This document shows, one piece after another, positions 39,230 to 49,056 of a stretch of DNA of 64,000 nucleotides. Source of the stretch: Escherichia coli (GTDB taxonomy: Bacteria; Pseudomonadota; Gammaproteobacteria; Enterobacterales; Enterobacteriaceae); NCBI RefSeq assembly GCF_003334765.1, contig NZ_QOWT01000002.1, one strand, 5' to 3'. A program made the translations under genes and the position numbers. The first letter of the stretch is position 1, and the number at the start of each line of letters is the position of its first letter. The notes beneath the pieces are model-generated. The model made no database searches and was not told the DNA's origin. It saw only the letters and a list, made by a program, of their open reading frames with translations.

Positions 39230-41071
39230 TTACTGCTGTGTTGCCTCAGTAGCAAGCAGCGGCCTGATGGCATTTGCAGCGTTACTCAACGCTCTTTCAT
39301 AGGCTGGCGTTCCAGCTTTAGTGTTTGCCAGACGTAAGAGAGCATTCCTTGCTGCTTTGGACTCATACAAACGCATCATTGCACCAAAGCCAGCCTCAAG
39401 CCCCATTGATACACCAAGAGTCGCAGTTGCGCCAATCGTCCTTATCCTGTTGGCTTGTGATTGCCCCGTCTGAGTTACTACATTTGCGGTGTCTGACCTT
39501 GCTGTTTGCTGTAGAACTTCATGAAGAGCATCAAGCTCTTTCATGTGCTTTCCAGAAAAAATAGTGTTGTAAATTTCACCGCCTGACTGAGATTTCAGCT
39601 TATTAACTTCAGTGATGAACTTGGCTGGAGAGTCACCGGCCTTTTCCGCTATTTTGCTGACGTAAGCTGCACGCATAGCATCTTTCCCTTTATCATCCAG
39701 GGCGCTCCATATTCGTTTCACGTCAGATGGTTTTCTGCTTAATACAACGGTATTTATAAGTTCAGGACTGGCTTCACTGCTTGCCTTGTTGAGCTTGTTA
39801 GCAATGTTTTTATTAAGCACCTTATTATAAACGTTTGCATAATCAGAATTTGCTTTAAGGTATTTTGCTGCGTCTGATGCACCGAGGTTTTTAGCAACTG
39901 CGTTACGAAGGTCTTTTGACATTGCATTCTCTACCATATTGGTAGCTGCTTTTGCCTGGTTGGGGAAGACCATAGCATCTCCCTGAACATTAGATCTAAA
40001 TGCTGTTCTGTGCTGACGCAAGAGATCAAACGTAACATCCAAATCAGTTGCAGGGTTTGCTAATTCTTCACGTAGGTTACGCAAGGATGTAAGCAGGCTT
40101 TGATTGGCAGACGTCCCAAGCCGTTCCTGTCTTGCGATCGCTGTATTCAGAGCATTCATGGTATTTGTGGTATCAACTGCGGCATTACCCATTTTATTGG
40201 TGACGTCATTGATAACAGCGCCAGCGGCATCCTTCCGCCCCCTTAACGTGGTGGTAAGAGATTTCACCACATCATCAGGGTTGTACTCACCAAAACGGTC
40301 AAAATAATTACTTACCAGCTTACTACGCGTTGCATATTGCTCCGCTCGCTTTGAGCCTGTCCCGAGCAAAGCCCCCTCGGCATCCTGAGTTAGGCCGCGA
40401 GTGAAAGCATTTTTCGGCGGGATAACATCAGATGTCATTGGTGTCACGCCCATCGATTCTGATGTGGCAATTTTCTTCGCCACTTCTGGCGCAATATCAC
40501 CTTTTATAGCCGTTATTCCACGCCCTATTCCCTTTGCTGCTGCGGAAAGAACACCCTGAGTGGCAAGGTTAACTCCGGCATTTTTAGCTGCATTTTGTGC
40601 GAAATCGCCTTTCTGATTTGCGGCCTCTGCCAGTGATCCAATAGCCATGCTTCCTGCCGTTCCAACTCCTGGAACTAAATACCCACCAATTGTTTCACCG
40701 GCTTGCGCGTAGGGGTCTGTCGGTCTGTCTACTGGACGATAAACATCATCCAAAACCTTGGGTCCACCAAGCCCCTGACTGATTGCATTAATCAGACTTG
40801 CGCCGCCCTGCAATACGTCAAATGGTATGTTTACCAGACCACGACCAGCCTGTTCTGCAATTTGCCCTGCACTTTGACCACCAGTGAGCCAATCGCCAGC
40901 TTGTTGCATCAATGATGGTTCTTCCCGTGTTGGTGCATTATTGGCCTGATTAACTGTTTGTTGCTGAACAGCCTGACCAGCAAAATACTCATCAATGGCG
41001 GTGCCAATATCTTCGGTGCTCGTACCATCAGGAAAGGTAAATGTCTTACCGTTTGCAGTTACTTTCATCAT
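39230..41071 (-). CDS. P22 gp16-like DNA ejection protein
   Basis: 613 aa, size and position next to immI as in P22; Ala/Gly-rich. Confidence 0.6.
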   Translation of the reverse strand: MMKVTANGKTFTFPDGTSTEDIGTAIDEYFAGQAVQQQTVNQANNAPTREEPSLMQQAGDWLTGGQSAGQIAEQAGRGLVNIPFDVLQGGASLINAISQGLGGPKVLDDVYRPVDRPTDPYAQAGETIGGYLVPGVGTAGSMAIGSLAEAANQKGDFAQNAAKNAGVNLATQGVLSAAAKGIGRGITAIKGDIAPEVAKKIATSESMGVTPMTSDVIPPKNAFTRGLTQDAEGALLGTGSKRAEQYATRSKLVSNYFDRFGEYNPDDVVKSLTTTLRGRKDAAGAVINDVTNKMGNAAVDTTNTMNALNTAIARQERLGTSANQSLLTSLRNLREELANPATDLDVTFDLLRQHRTAFRSNVQGDAMVFPNQAKAATNMVENAMSKDLRNAVAKNLGASDAAKYLKANSDYANVYNKVLNKNIANKLNKASSEASPELINTVVLSRKPSDVKRIWSALDDKGKDAMRAAYVSKIAEKAGDSPAKFITEVNKLKSQSGGEIYNTIFSGKHMKELDALHEVLQQTARSDTANVVTQTGQSQANRIRTIGATATLGVSMGLEAGFGAMMRLYESKAARNALLRLANTKAGTPAYERALSNAANAIRPLLATEATQQ

Positions 41072-41337
41072 TCCACCGTAAATTGAATGCCTGATTTTGA
41101 GGTATATGATCCAACCTGATTCCGTGGTTCTCCTGAAGGTGTCGAATCTTGTGCTGGCGCTGCGTCAGTATTCATTGACATATACCGCTTAACGGCACTC
41201 CCCAATGATTCACCTTTTTTAACATCCAACCCCAATATCTGACCGCCATTACGCGATTGTCCAGGGTTGCCATTCGCGCTCATCCACTCGGCTTTAAACT
41301 CATTAAACTGCGCGTTTCGTCGCTCAAGGTTTGCCAT
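41068..41337 (-). CDS. small ORF overlapping upstream gene (possible frameshift remnant)
   Basis: 89 aa, overlaps 41280-42197 ORF by 58 nt in another frame; 4-nt overlap with gp16-like start. Confidence 0.3.
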   Translation of the reverse strand: MANLERRNAQFNEFKAEWMSANGNPGQSRNGGQILGLDVKKGESLGSAVKRYMSMNTDAAPAQDSTPSGEPRNQVGSYTSKSGIQFTVE

Positions 41338-42197
41338 TGCATCAAGCCATCTTGCGACCGTCTCAGGGTTTCCATGTTTACTGACAGCTTAGGTGCTTCG
41401 CTAATCAACTGCTGAGCCTTTTCCTGCGCTTGCTGCATCTTAAACCCGAACTCTTGCTGATCCAGAGCCAAGCGTTGTGCTGCGATATTGTGCCCAGTCA
41501 TTGCTGACTGATAGGAAAGGTTTTGCCCTCTCGCCTGAAGTGCTTCACCAGCCTGATTGCTGCGGATTGTCTCTGCCAGCCTGCCTCGGTCAATCTCACG
41601 ACCAGCCATCTTGTCCTGAACAGCAAACGCCTTTTCTGGTCCAAGCGCACCGAGAGACATAGTAGTCAGCATGTGTGATAGCTGCTCTGGATTCTGGATA
41701 CCTGTCTGAATCATCCAGTCAGCATTAGCACCAACGCGATTTAACCTGTCCTTGTTGTCAGTAATGAATTTACTGTAGGCTTCCGGTCCCTGAGAAAGAG
41801 CGACGTTAGCCCTCATGGCTAAATCGCCCATATCGTTGCGTTGCTGATCATTAAGACCGGAAAACGCCTGTTGTGCCTGTGCAACAAACGCTGGATTTTC
41901 CTGGGCAAACTTAAATAGTCCCGATGGATCACCAGAAGCCCATGCATCAGCGTGAACCTTATTGAACGCACTAATAGCTTTCTGTTGCTGTTCCTGATTG
42001 TAAATATCAGCAACTCCAGCCAGACCACGTAACGCGGTCAGGCCAACGTTATTTGCACCTGAGCGAGCCAGTTCATTGTTTTCGCGGATCAGACCAAGCG
42101 TTGCGTTAATGTCGCTTGCCTTTGGCGCATTCTCATTTTGCGTACCGATGCCAGCCAGAAAACCACCAGAATTAATACCCTGTTGCCACGTAGCCAT
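41280..42197 (-). CDS. P22 gp20-like ejection protein (possibly truncated)
   Basis: 305 aa, Gln/Ala-rich; positioned between gp7-like and gp16-like genes. Confidence 0.5.
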   Translation of the reverse strand: MATWQQGINSGGFLAGIGTQNENAPKASDINATLGLIRENNELARSGANNVGLTALRGLAGVADIYNQEQQQKAISAFNKVHADAWASGDPSGLFKFAQENPAFVAQAQQAFSGLNDQQRNDMGDLAMRANVALSQGPEAYSKFITDNKDRLNRVGANADWMIQTGIQNPEQLSHMLTTMSLGALGPEKAFAVQDKMAGREIDRGRLAETIRSNQAGEALQARGQNLSYQSAMTGHNIAAQRLALDQQEFGFKMQQAQEKAQQLISEAPKLSVNMETLRRSQDGLMQWQTLSDETRSLMSLKPSG

Positions 42198-42207
42198 TGA
42201 TTACCCC

Positions 42208-42903
42208 TTAATAAAGCAGTGAACCAAGCAGACCGATACCAGCACCGATACCAGCACCCCACGGAGTTGATGAACCAATTAATTTCGCAAGTCCAGCCCC
42301 AGCAATAGCACCAGACGCACCTCCGCCAATAGCAGATTGCATTGCTGATGGTCTGTTGGCATTTGCCGCTGCAAGAGCCGCACTTTGCTGCGAAATCTGA
42401 CTCATGTTGTTGGCATATGTCTGCCCGGCGTTTGCCTGACCTTGCAGTGCGCCAAGACCAATATTTGCCAGATTCTGGTAGTTGTTCATCTGACCAGATA
42501 GCCATTGCTGACCAAGCGTTGGTGCGATTGTTGCTAACTGATTACCGGTTGCAGTGGAACCCAATCCACCTGTTGCTTCCGCTGCCGCCAGACTCTGATA
42601 GCGAGCCTGACCAGCAAGATCTTTGTACTGCTGAGAGTTGTAATACTGGTTAAGTGCCTGACCTTGCCCTTCCAGAGACGATAAGTTCTCGAGGCTGCCG
42701 ACATACTTATCAGCCAGAGGAGTAAACGGCTTCAGGTTGTTCATGATGGTGTTGAACTGCTGATTTTGCAGGTCTGCGGCATACTTCTGAGCTTCTGCTG
42801 CATACTTTGCGCTTTTATCAGAACTGCCACCTTTCCCGCCTTTTTCAGGGCAATAAGGTTCCTCGCCGCGCAGTTTTCTGCCCAGCTTAAATGCATATAA
42901 CAT
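42208..42903 (-). CDS. P22 gp7-like ejection protein
   Basis: 231 aa from internal Met (MLYAFKLGRK) of a 460-aa ORF; Gly-rich hydrophobic C-terminus. Confidence 0.5.
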   Translation of the reverse strand: MLYAFKLGRKLRGEEPYCPEKGGKGGSSDKSAKYAAEAQKYAADLQNQQFNTIMNNLKPFTPLADKYVGSLENLSSLEGQGQALNQYYNSQQYKDLAGQARYQSLAAAEATGGLGSTATGNQLATIAPTLGQQWLSGQMNNYQNLANIGLGALQGQANAGQTYANNMSQISQQSAALAAANANRPSAMQSAIGGGASGAIAGAGLAKLIGSSTPWGAGIGAGIGLLGSLLY

Positions 42904-43590
42904 GGCTAACGCCGAGATGCCGTATTGCGCATAGCTCATACAATCAATTTCGCCTTCGCAAAGTACAACCGCCCTCACGCCAGCGTCCAGAGCCTGCCAT
43001 CCGAACAGACAAGGTTCGCAATCACCTTCTGCCATAATGACTTTCTTCCCGTCCGGGCGCTCAGTGCTGATTCGCTTGACCTGCAACAACTCACCATCGC
43101 GTTTGTACGGAATCACCAGAGCATCCAGTTCTCGCTCTCCATTCCACACCTTGCCGCTGACAACCTCGTAGCGCTTTACGATTTCTGGCGATATGCCACG
43201 CGATTGCAGGTACTCAAGATGGGATTCTGTTCTGGTAACGTAGCGGGCGATTTTCTTGCGATCAGGTCTGGAGAATTTCTTCTCACGTCTGGCATCGAAA
43301 TGGTGATCGTCATCCTTGATACCGAGAAATGCTTTCGCTTCCTGCATAGCCTGATGCAGGTTAATTCCACGACATGCCATCCACAAATCAAGCATGTCAC
43401 CGCCGTCTCCCTCAGCGAAATCAGCCCATTTTTTCTTGCCGCTAAGGTTGACCTTAAGGCTGTTTCCCTTGTCACCGTTGACGTTACCGGCAACCCACTC
43501 ATGCCCCTCTTTCTTGCCGTTTGGCAACAGGTGCGGAGCCACCCTGTCAACCTGCGCCCAAAGCAGGTCGCTAAGTTCACTTGGCGTCAT
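42904..43590 (-). pseudogene. truncated DNA primase fragment (toprim), reads in frame into gp7-like gene
   Basis: 229 aa ending VVLCEGEIDCMSYAQYGIS (DnaG-like toprim EGxxD...AQYGI), no helicase/C-terminal part. Confidence 0.55.
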
Positions 43591-43697
43591 GATTCCCTCA
43601 GATTGAGATTTTTAAACCAGAAATCGACAAACGAAATACTTAACCAGCCGTGGTTATAACCAGCGACCAGTAGCGATTTGATTTTTGATTTCATGGT

Positions 43698-44558
43698 TCA
43701 CCTGTCGAAAAACACGTAGCCAGTTTTCGATACGGTGATTGCGGATGATGGTTTGGATTGTGGTTGAATGGTTTCTGGCTTTTCGTCGTTCCAGCGCTGA
43801 CCGTTCAGGTAGCTCGATGGTAACAACCTGTCGAATCCGAACTGCTTACCATTCCTGCATGCGATGTCTTCTGCCAGCATCGTGGCAAACTCGCTTGCCG
43901 TACCCCTGGTAGTTTTACGCCATTCCCTGAACTGTGTTCTGAATGCCGAAGCTGCGTTTTTCTTCCCGGCTTTCCGCATGCCTGCACACCAGAATATTTC
44001 CTCGAATGCCTTGTCGGTTTCTTCGTGACGGTCAGGTGATTTTTCACACTCCGTCCGAACACTTTCGGACATAGTGTTTTTATTATTTCTTTTTTCTTTT
44101 GTAATAGTTTCTTTTGTGTGTCCCTGTTTTGGTGACAGCGCTGTCACCGTTTTGGTGACACTTTTTGTCACCAATGCGGTGACATTATCACCAGAGTAGT
44201 GACACCCTTCGATTTGCCATTCCTCGATGTTCTTGTTAGGCCCGATTTGCTGGCCTTCGCGAAGGATAACCTTCATCGCGATAAGCTCATTCTTGGCCTT
44301 GTTTACCTTCTGTCTTGGCAGCCTGGTAATTTGAGCTAACTGACTATCAGAGATGCGATCCATCTTTTTACCGTAGCCGTATGTTTTACGGCATATGGCG
44401 TGGGCAACCTTGCTCTGATTTTTCGTTAAATCTGCGCCGATAAGCTCTTCATACAGGGCATTTGCAAGACGGGTATAACCATCTTCAACTTCTGCCACAC
44501 GACGCTCCACAGGCCGTTGTGAAGGCCTTAAATGTGTTACGGTTGCAAGATTACTCAT
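43698..44558 (-). CDS. replication initiation protein, lambda O-like N-terminal domain
   Basis: 286 aa; N-terminal domain typical of phage O proteins. Confidence 0.65.
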   Translation of the reverse strand: MSNLATVTHLRPSQRPVERRVAEVEDGYTRLANALYEELIGADLTKNQSKVAHAICRKTYGYGKKMDRISDSQLAQITRLPRQKVNKAKNELIAMKVILREGQQIGPNKNIEEWQIEGCHYSGDNVTALVTKSVTKTVTALSPKQGHTKETITKEKRNNKNTMSESVRTECEKSPDRHEETDKAFEEIFWCAGMRKAGKKNAASAFRTQFREWRKTTRGTASEFATMLAEDIACRNGKQFGFDRLLPSSYLNGQRWNDEKPETIQPQSKPSSAITVSKTGYVFFDR

Positions 44559-44697
44559 GACCTTTCTCCTTCTGCATCAGCTTCACTTTTTCCAACTCAG
44601 CCCGGAATCGACCAGGCTGCTTGAAGCTGGACAGGAAGCGATCACGTAGTATGTGTTTGTGAATTTTGTCCTGGTAAGGACTGAGTTGTTTTGTCAT
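44551..44697 (-). CDS. small hypothetical protein
   Basis: 48 aa with AGGAG RBS; stop overlaps O-like start. Confidence 0.35.
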   Translation of the reverse strand: MTKQLSPYQDKIHKHILRDRFLSSFKQPGRFRAELEKVKLMQKEKGHE

Positions 44698-44731
44698 AAT
44701 GACTCCTGTGGATTGATCCAGTCTTTCTACA

Positions 44732-45010
44732 TCAGGCCTCGAAGAATTCGCCGTTCTTCGGGGCTTTTTCTTTTGTCAGCATTCTGGCTACTTGCTTAGC
44801 CAGTTCCGCCAACTCCTCGTCTTCAACACCCCATTCAAGAACAGCAAGAAGCATTCCCATTTTGGGGATGAAGCTGTCTTTCCATCGCGAAATTTGCGAT
44901 TCATTAATCCCTAACGCGTCGGCAACCTTTCGCTGACCACGTACAGCAATTCGATTCAGGATGTTGCTTGTAATTGCATTCGCTTTCTTGCGAGTACTTG
45001 TAAGTTGCAT
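44732..45010 (-). CDS. cII: CII-like transcriptional activator
   Basis: 92 aa; [25 protein letters not shown] closely parallels lambda CII. Confidence 0.85.
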   Translation of the reverse strand: MQLTSTRKKANAITSNILNRIAVRGQRKVADALGINESQISRWKDSFIPKMGMLLAVLEWGVEDEELAELAKQVARMLTKEKAPKNGEFFEA

Positions 45011-45068
45011 ATGTAAGTATTTCCTTAACTAATAAGAAGTTATGCGCATCAACTTATGCGCGTTGTAT

Positions 45069-45112
45069 TCCCGCATTTCGGCGGGAATGAGGACCATGAC
45101 TGTTAAAGAGCG
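45069..45112 (-). promoter_or_regulatory. nutR (boxA plus boxB hairpin)
   Basis: minus-strand cgctctttaa (boxA) then tcccgc-cgaaat-gcggga hairpin, between cro and cII. Confidence 0.7.
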
Positions 45113-45118
45113 GTGTTA

Positions 45119-45319
45119 CTATTTGTTTTTCTTGTTGCTTGGGAAAGGACGAACTTCCTCTCCAATCACACTGCCATCAGGCTTTACCGTAACCATAATG
45201 TTACGGCCTGCCAGAATGGCCTTGCTGATAGCGCACTGGATTACACCAAAGTCACTGGCTGCTTTAGCCTGTCCATGGATTTTGGCGTAATCGGCAAGTG
45301 TCATTCGAATCATATGCAC
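45119..45319 (-). CDS. cro: Cro repressor
   Basis: 66 aa; C-terminus [11 protein letters not shown] matches lambda Cro. Confidence 0.85.
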   Translation of the reverse strand: MHMIRMTLADYAKIHGQAKAASDFGVIQCAISKAILAGRNIMVTVKPDGSVIGEEVRPFPSNKKNK

Positions 45320-45343
45320 TCTCCGTTATTAACCATGAACAAA

Positions 45344-45408
45344 GAATACTACAGGTATTCAAAGCAATCAATACTCAGGGTATTTTTAGTTTAAGTACCT
45401 TAGCTATT
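45344..45408. promoter_or_regulatory. OR1-OR2-OR3 operators with PR/PRM
   Basis: gaatactacaggtattc, caatactcagggtattt, taagtaccttagctatt; centres about 24 bp apart between divergent cro and cI. Confidence 0.7.
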
Positions 45409-45419
45409 AGAATTAAGCT

Positions 45420-46136
45420 ATGGAAAATAAAAAATCACTGACGACAGAACAGCTCGAAGACGCTAAGCGGCTTAAGGCTTTGTATGAGTCAAAAAAGAAA
45501 GAATTGGGAATAACCCAATACTCAATCGCTGATGAACTGGGTATCACCCAAGGAGCGGTAGGGCATTATCTTAATGGCAGAAACGCGCTAAACGTTGAGG
45601 TCGCATCTGGTTTTGCACGTTTGTTGCAAGTCTCAATTGCTGATTTTAGCCAGTCAATTGCTGCCAAGGTTGCAGAACAGGCAGAAAGCCTTAAGAGCGA
45701 TGCCAACGTAAGGTATGCAGGGGAATACAGAGCAGGAAAGAGGTATCCGGTGTTAAGCAGTATCCAGGCTGGCTCGTGGTGTGAAGCATGCGAACCATAC
45801 ACCATTAAAGACATAGATGTTTGGCTTGAGTCTGACGCGCATATTCAAGGTAATGCGTTCTGGCTTAAAGTGGAAGGTGATTCAATGACGGCACCGGTTG
45901 GGTTAAGCATTCCAGAGGGAACATTCGTTCTTTTCGATACCGGAAGGGAGGCGATCAACGGCAGCTTGGTCATAGCAAAACTTTCTGACTCTAACGAAGC
46001 AACATTCAAGAAGCTGATAATCGACGGCGGAAATAAATACCTCAAGGGACTTAACCCTGCATGGCCTCTCGTGCCAATCAATGGAAACTGCAAGATTATA
46101 GGCGTTGCAATTGAGACAAAACTAAGGCTGGTTTGA
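45420..46136 (+). CDS. cI: CI-like repressor (HTH plus S24 autopeptidase)
   Basis: 238 aa; N-terminal LTTEQLEDAKRLKALYESKKKELG; C-terminal GDSM...FKKL Ser/Lys dyad; Ala-Gly site. Confidence 0.9.
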   Translation: MENKKSLTTEQLEDAKRLKALYESKKKELGITQYSIADELGITQGAVGHYLNGRNALNVEVASGFARLLQVSIADFSQSIAAKVAEQAESLKSDANVRYAGEYRAGKRYPVLSSIQAGSWCEACEPYTIKDIDVWLESDAHIQGNAFWLKVEGDSMTAPVGLSIPEGTFVLFDTGREAINGSLVIAKLSDSNEATFKKLIIDGGNKYLKGLNPAWPLVPINGNCKIIGVAIETKLRLV

Positions 46137-46155
46137 TCACGCAAGGGGGGCGCTT

Positions 46156-46524
46156 ATGGTTGGAACCGCTATAGCAAGCTTTTTGGGGATGTTGGCAATC
46201 TCAACAATTTACGGCTTAGCGCATGCTTTTATTGCGAAATCTCTATCAGAAAAAATAAGCCAGGCTTGGGCGCATAGATCAGCTCGTTTCATGATTCTAG
46301 TGGTCATAGCAATACAAGGGATATCTGCATTTATCCTCTATGGATCAAGCTTATACCTGTTGTATCAAGGAGCGACATTTACGCCTTACACCAGTGATTA
46401 CGGAACTCTATACGATGGTAGTGAAGACATCTCTATGGCTTGGATCGTCTTTGGTTTATCTATGGCCGTGTCTGTTGTAGCAGACATCATTAAGGTAATT
46501 CTCGTCTTAACCTTCGCTGACTAA
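46156..46524 (+). CDS. small 4-TM membrane protein in rexB-equivalent position
   Basis: 122 aa, four hydrophobic segments, RBS aagggggg, starts 20 bp after cI stop. Confidence 0.55.
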   Translation: MVGTAIASFLGMLAISTIYGLAHAFIAKSLSEKISQAWAHRSARFMILVVIAIQGISAFILYGSSLYLLYQGATFTPYTSDYGTLYDGSEDISMAWIVFGLSMAVSVVADIIKVILVLTFAD

Positions 46525-46654
46525 CCCATAATCCCGGCAGCAATAGCTATCGGGATCCACTTCACATATCCCGCATAAAAAGCACTGAACAAGCAGATAC
46601 CGAAAAAATAAATATCCTTTGTATTCATTTGTTTATCATTATTTCATCAAAAAT

Positions 46655-46696
46655 AAATACCTTGGGTATTTACACAATAAAATACCTACAGTATTC
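46655..46696. promoter_or_regulatory. OL operators/PL
   Basis: aaataccttgggtattt and aaatacctacagtattc share the OR half-sites. Confidence 0.6.
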
Positions 46697-46743
46697 TTTA
46701 GCCATCAGCAGGACGCTGGAAGCCAAACGGAACAGATTGGCAG

Positions 46744-46784
46744 GCTCTTTAACATTGATGGGATTGTCCCGCCGAAATGCGGGA
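46744..46784 (+). promoter_or_regulatory. nutL (boxA plus boxB hairpin)
   Basis: gctctttaa then tcccgc-cgaaat-gcggga, identical boxB to nutR. Confidence 0.7.
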
Positions 46785-46891
46785 ACCAAAGAGTAGTTGG
46801 CTTTGGGGTGACGTGAAGTGCAGCTGCACGACGGCAACCGGAAGATAAGCACCCGGCGCGTCACCGCCAAAGCCAATCATCGGAGGTCAAC

Positions 46892-47188
46892 ATGATAATC
46901 GTTACTTATCTGGCTGATGATAACACCAGAAATCGCCGCAGAGCACGCAGACAGGCTCAACGTGAACAGGCAATGCAAGAACAGCGACTTGCGCGAAAAA
47001 TTGCGCTAAAGCTCTCTGGTTGCGTCAGAGCAGATAAAGCAGCATCACTCGGAAGCCTTCGCTGCAAGAAGGCAGAAGAAGTCGAGCGTAAACAGAACCG
47101 TATTTACTACCGCAAGCCACGCAGTGAAATGGGTGTGACTTGTGTTGGTCGCCAGAAAATGAAATTAGGCAGCAAACCACTTATTTGA
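46892..47188 (+). CDS. N: N-like antiterminator
   Basis: 98 aa; Arg-rich motif TRNRRRARRQAQREQ; C-terminus GVTCVGRQKMKLGSKPLI parallels lambda N. Confidence 0.85.
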   Translation: MIIVTYLADDNTRNRRRARRQAQREQAMQEQRLARKIALKLSGCVRADKAASLGSLRCKKAEEVERKQNRIYYRKPRSEMGVTCVGRQKMKLGSKPLI

Positions 47189-47196
47189 GGTGAGAT

Positions 47197-47667
47197 ATGA
47201 CAAAATCATGGAGCGTACCTTTTCCTGAATCAGAAACTGAACATGATGGAATGCCTGTTTTCTGGAGATTCCAAGCGACAGTTGAAGAAGATGGAATCAA
47301 AATATTCGCACTTCAATATATAGCTTTTCATCAGACAGAGCATTATGCATGGTTGGTTCCTGCGCATTGGATTGTTGATTTTAAACCAGCACCAAATCAG
47401 TGGTTACAGGAATGGAAACAAAAGAGAAATAGATATGCAATTAAGAAAGTAGCAAAAAATGCAGAAAGATCTTTTGCATTCCCAACGAAGAAACTTGCCA
47501 TTGAAAGTTTATTGCGCCGGAAGAAATACCATTTAATGAGAATAAAACAAGATTTGGCTGTTGTATCAACTCTTGTTGATGGGATGAAAAATATTGATAC
47601 ATCAACACCAGATATTGAATATAACTTTGGACACAACCAAGAAACAGAAAATTGGGTATTTTATTAG
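47197..47667 (+). CDS. hypothetical protein (moron after N)
   Basis: 156 aa soluble, AT-rich, good RBS. Confidence 0.5.
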   Translation: MTKSWSVPFPESETEHDGMPVFWRFQATVEEDGIKIFALQYIAFHQTEHYAWLVPAHWIVDFKPAPNQWLQEWKQKRNRYAIKKVAKNAERSFAFPTKKLAIESLLRRKKYHLMRIKQDLAVVSTLVDGMKNIDTSTPDIEYNFGHNQETENWVFY

Positions 47668-47771
47668 TACGAATAAGCACTGTGTATTCATTCCAACGAG
47701 TGAATACACGGAGCAATGTCGCTCGTAACTAAACAGGAGCCGACTTGTTCTGATTATTGGAAGTCTTCTTT

Positions 47772-47795
47772 GCCCTCCGATGTGAGGGCTTTTTT
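47772..47795 (+). terminator. rho-independent terminator (tL-like)
   Basis: gccctc-cgatgt-gagggc followed by T6. Confidence 0.7.
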
Positions 47796-47864
47796 ATATG
47801 CATACCAATAACGCTTCACGAGAGGTGTTTATTCATGAGCGTAAACGCTGATTAATGAACGCAG

Positions 47865-48392
47865 TTGATAGGATATAAAATGGCATTTATAAAGATTCTT
47901 GAATTAATTTCCCTAAGTGAGATTAATAATGTTGTCAAATATAACCCTATTTCTGGTGAGTTCACATGGCTAAAATCTTATGGAGCAAGAAAGATAGGTG
48001 GAACTGCCGGAACAATAACAACAAGCGGCTACTTAAGGATTTTCATTAACGGAAGACACTATGCTGCACATAGACTTGCATGGATTATCACTTTCGGTGT
48101 TGAGCCTGAAGGTATTATCGACCATATAAATGGCATAAAGACAGATAACAGAATTTGCAATCTGAGGCTTGCAACTTACTCACAGAATTCAATGAATAGT
48201 AAAATAAATACCCTCAACAAATCAGGTTGCAAAGGAGTCACATGGAAGAAGGAAAGTAGAAAGTGGGCTGCCTATGGGAAATTAAACGGGAAGAAAAAAC
48301 ATCTAGGGTACTTTAATGAATTAGAAGATGCCAAAAAAGCTTACTGCGACTTTGCCAGAAAGCATCACGGCGAATTCTACAGGAGCAAATAA
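47865..48392 (+). CDS. HNH endonuclease with AP2-like DNA-binding domain
   Basis: 175 aa; IDHINGIKTDNRICNLRLAT HNH motif; GVTWKK...YGK..GKKKHLGYF AP2-like. Confidence 0.75.
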   Translation: MIGYKMAFIKILELISLSEINNVVKYNPISGEFTWLKSYGARKIGGTAGTITTSGYLRIFINGRHYAAHRLAWIITFGVEPEGIIDHINGIKTDNRICNLRLATYSQNSMNSKINTLNKSGCKGVTWKKESRKWAAYGKLNGKKKHLGYFNELEDAKKAYCDFARKHHGEFYRSK

Positions 48393-48526
48393 TGAATGAA
48401 TATATTTTAGCGGGTAGCGGCGTCATGTCCGCTTTCTACCCGCACGAATCTGAATTATCACGCCGAGTTAAACAATTAATCAGAGCAGCAAAGAAACAAC
48501 TGGAGGCGTTATGCGCAATGAAATAG
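48392..48526 (+). CDS. cIII: CIII-like protein
   Basis: 44 aa; YILAGSGVMSAFYPHESELSRRVKQL parallels lambda CIII core. Confidence 0.6.
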   Translation: MNEYILAGSGVMSAFYPHESELSRRVKQLIRAAKKQLEALCAMK

Positions 48527-48663
48527 CCATTAATCACCAGATGCTTCGTGCTGCACAGAACAAAGCAGTAATAGCCAGATTTATTGGTGATTCCAAAATG
48601 TGGCTTGAAGCAAATAAAGCGATGAAATCAGCTATCAACCTTCCGTGGTATCGCAGGAAATGA
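48511..48663 (+). CDS. Kil-like small protein (tentative)
   Basis: 50 aa; IARFIGDSKMW resembles lambda Kil; follows cIII as in lambda. Confidence 0.4.
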   Translation: MRNEIAINHQMLRAAQNKAVIARFIGDSKMWLEANKAMKSAINLPWYRRK

Positions 48664-48744
48664 GTTTTACAGATAACTGGTCAGACGAAGAATTCATTCG
48701 TCAGATGAACAAAATGCTCAATCAGCACAAAGAACAGGAGAAAG

Positions 48745-49056
48745 ATGATGATTCTGACTCTGAATGATAAGCGTGAAATATCGCAAATAATCGCAAGTTT
48801 TACTGATGAAGATTACGAGCGAATCAACAGTGAAGTTGATCGCCTCTGCAAACGTTGCGACCCAATAAGCGAAATGCTTCGCTCATATAAACCAGATGAA
48901 CACACTAAGGACGCTATCGACTGGCTGGAAGATGATGACTGTAACTATCAGGAAAAAGCCGCTGAATGGTTCTGGGATGCAATAACCGAAAGAGTTAAGG
49001 CTGAATATGCCTTCGCAATATTTAAACGCAGACACATTTTTGGAGAAGCTGCATGA
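48745..49056 (+). CDS. hypothetical protein (gam/abc-equivalent position)
   Basis: 103 aa acidic, immediately upstream of recT. Confidence 0.4.
   Translation: MMILTLNDKREISQIIASFTDEDYERINSEVDRLCKRCDPISEMLRSYKPDEHTKDAIDWLEDDDCNYQEKAAEWFWDAITERVKAEYAFAIFKRRHIFGEAA

Noticed and set aside
42208-43590. Treating the 460-aa ORF as a single genuine protein
   Set aside because: The two halves belong to unrelated functional classes (toprim primase versus ejection protein) and the second half begins at an internal Met; better explained as a deletion junction.
45040-45062. Direct repeat ttatgcgc...ttatgcgc between nutR and cII as CII-binding sites
   Set aside because: The 14-bp spacing and sequence do not fit the TTGC-N6-TTGC CII recognition pattern; likely coincidental or part of a tR1-like region.
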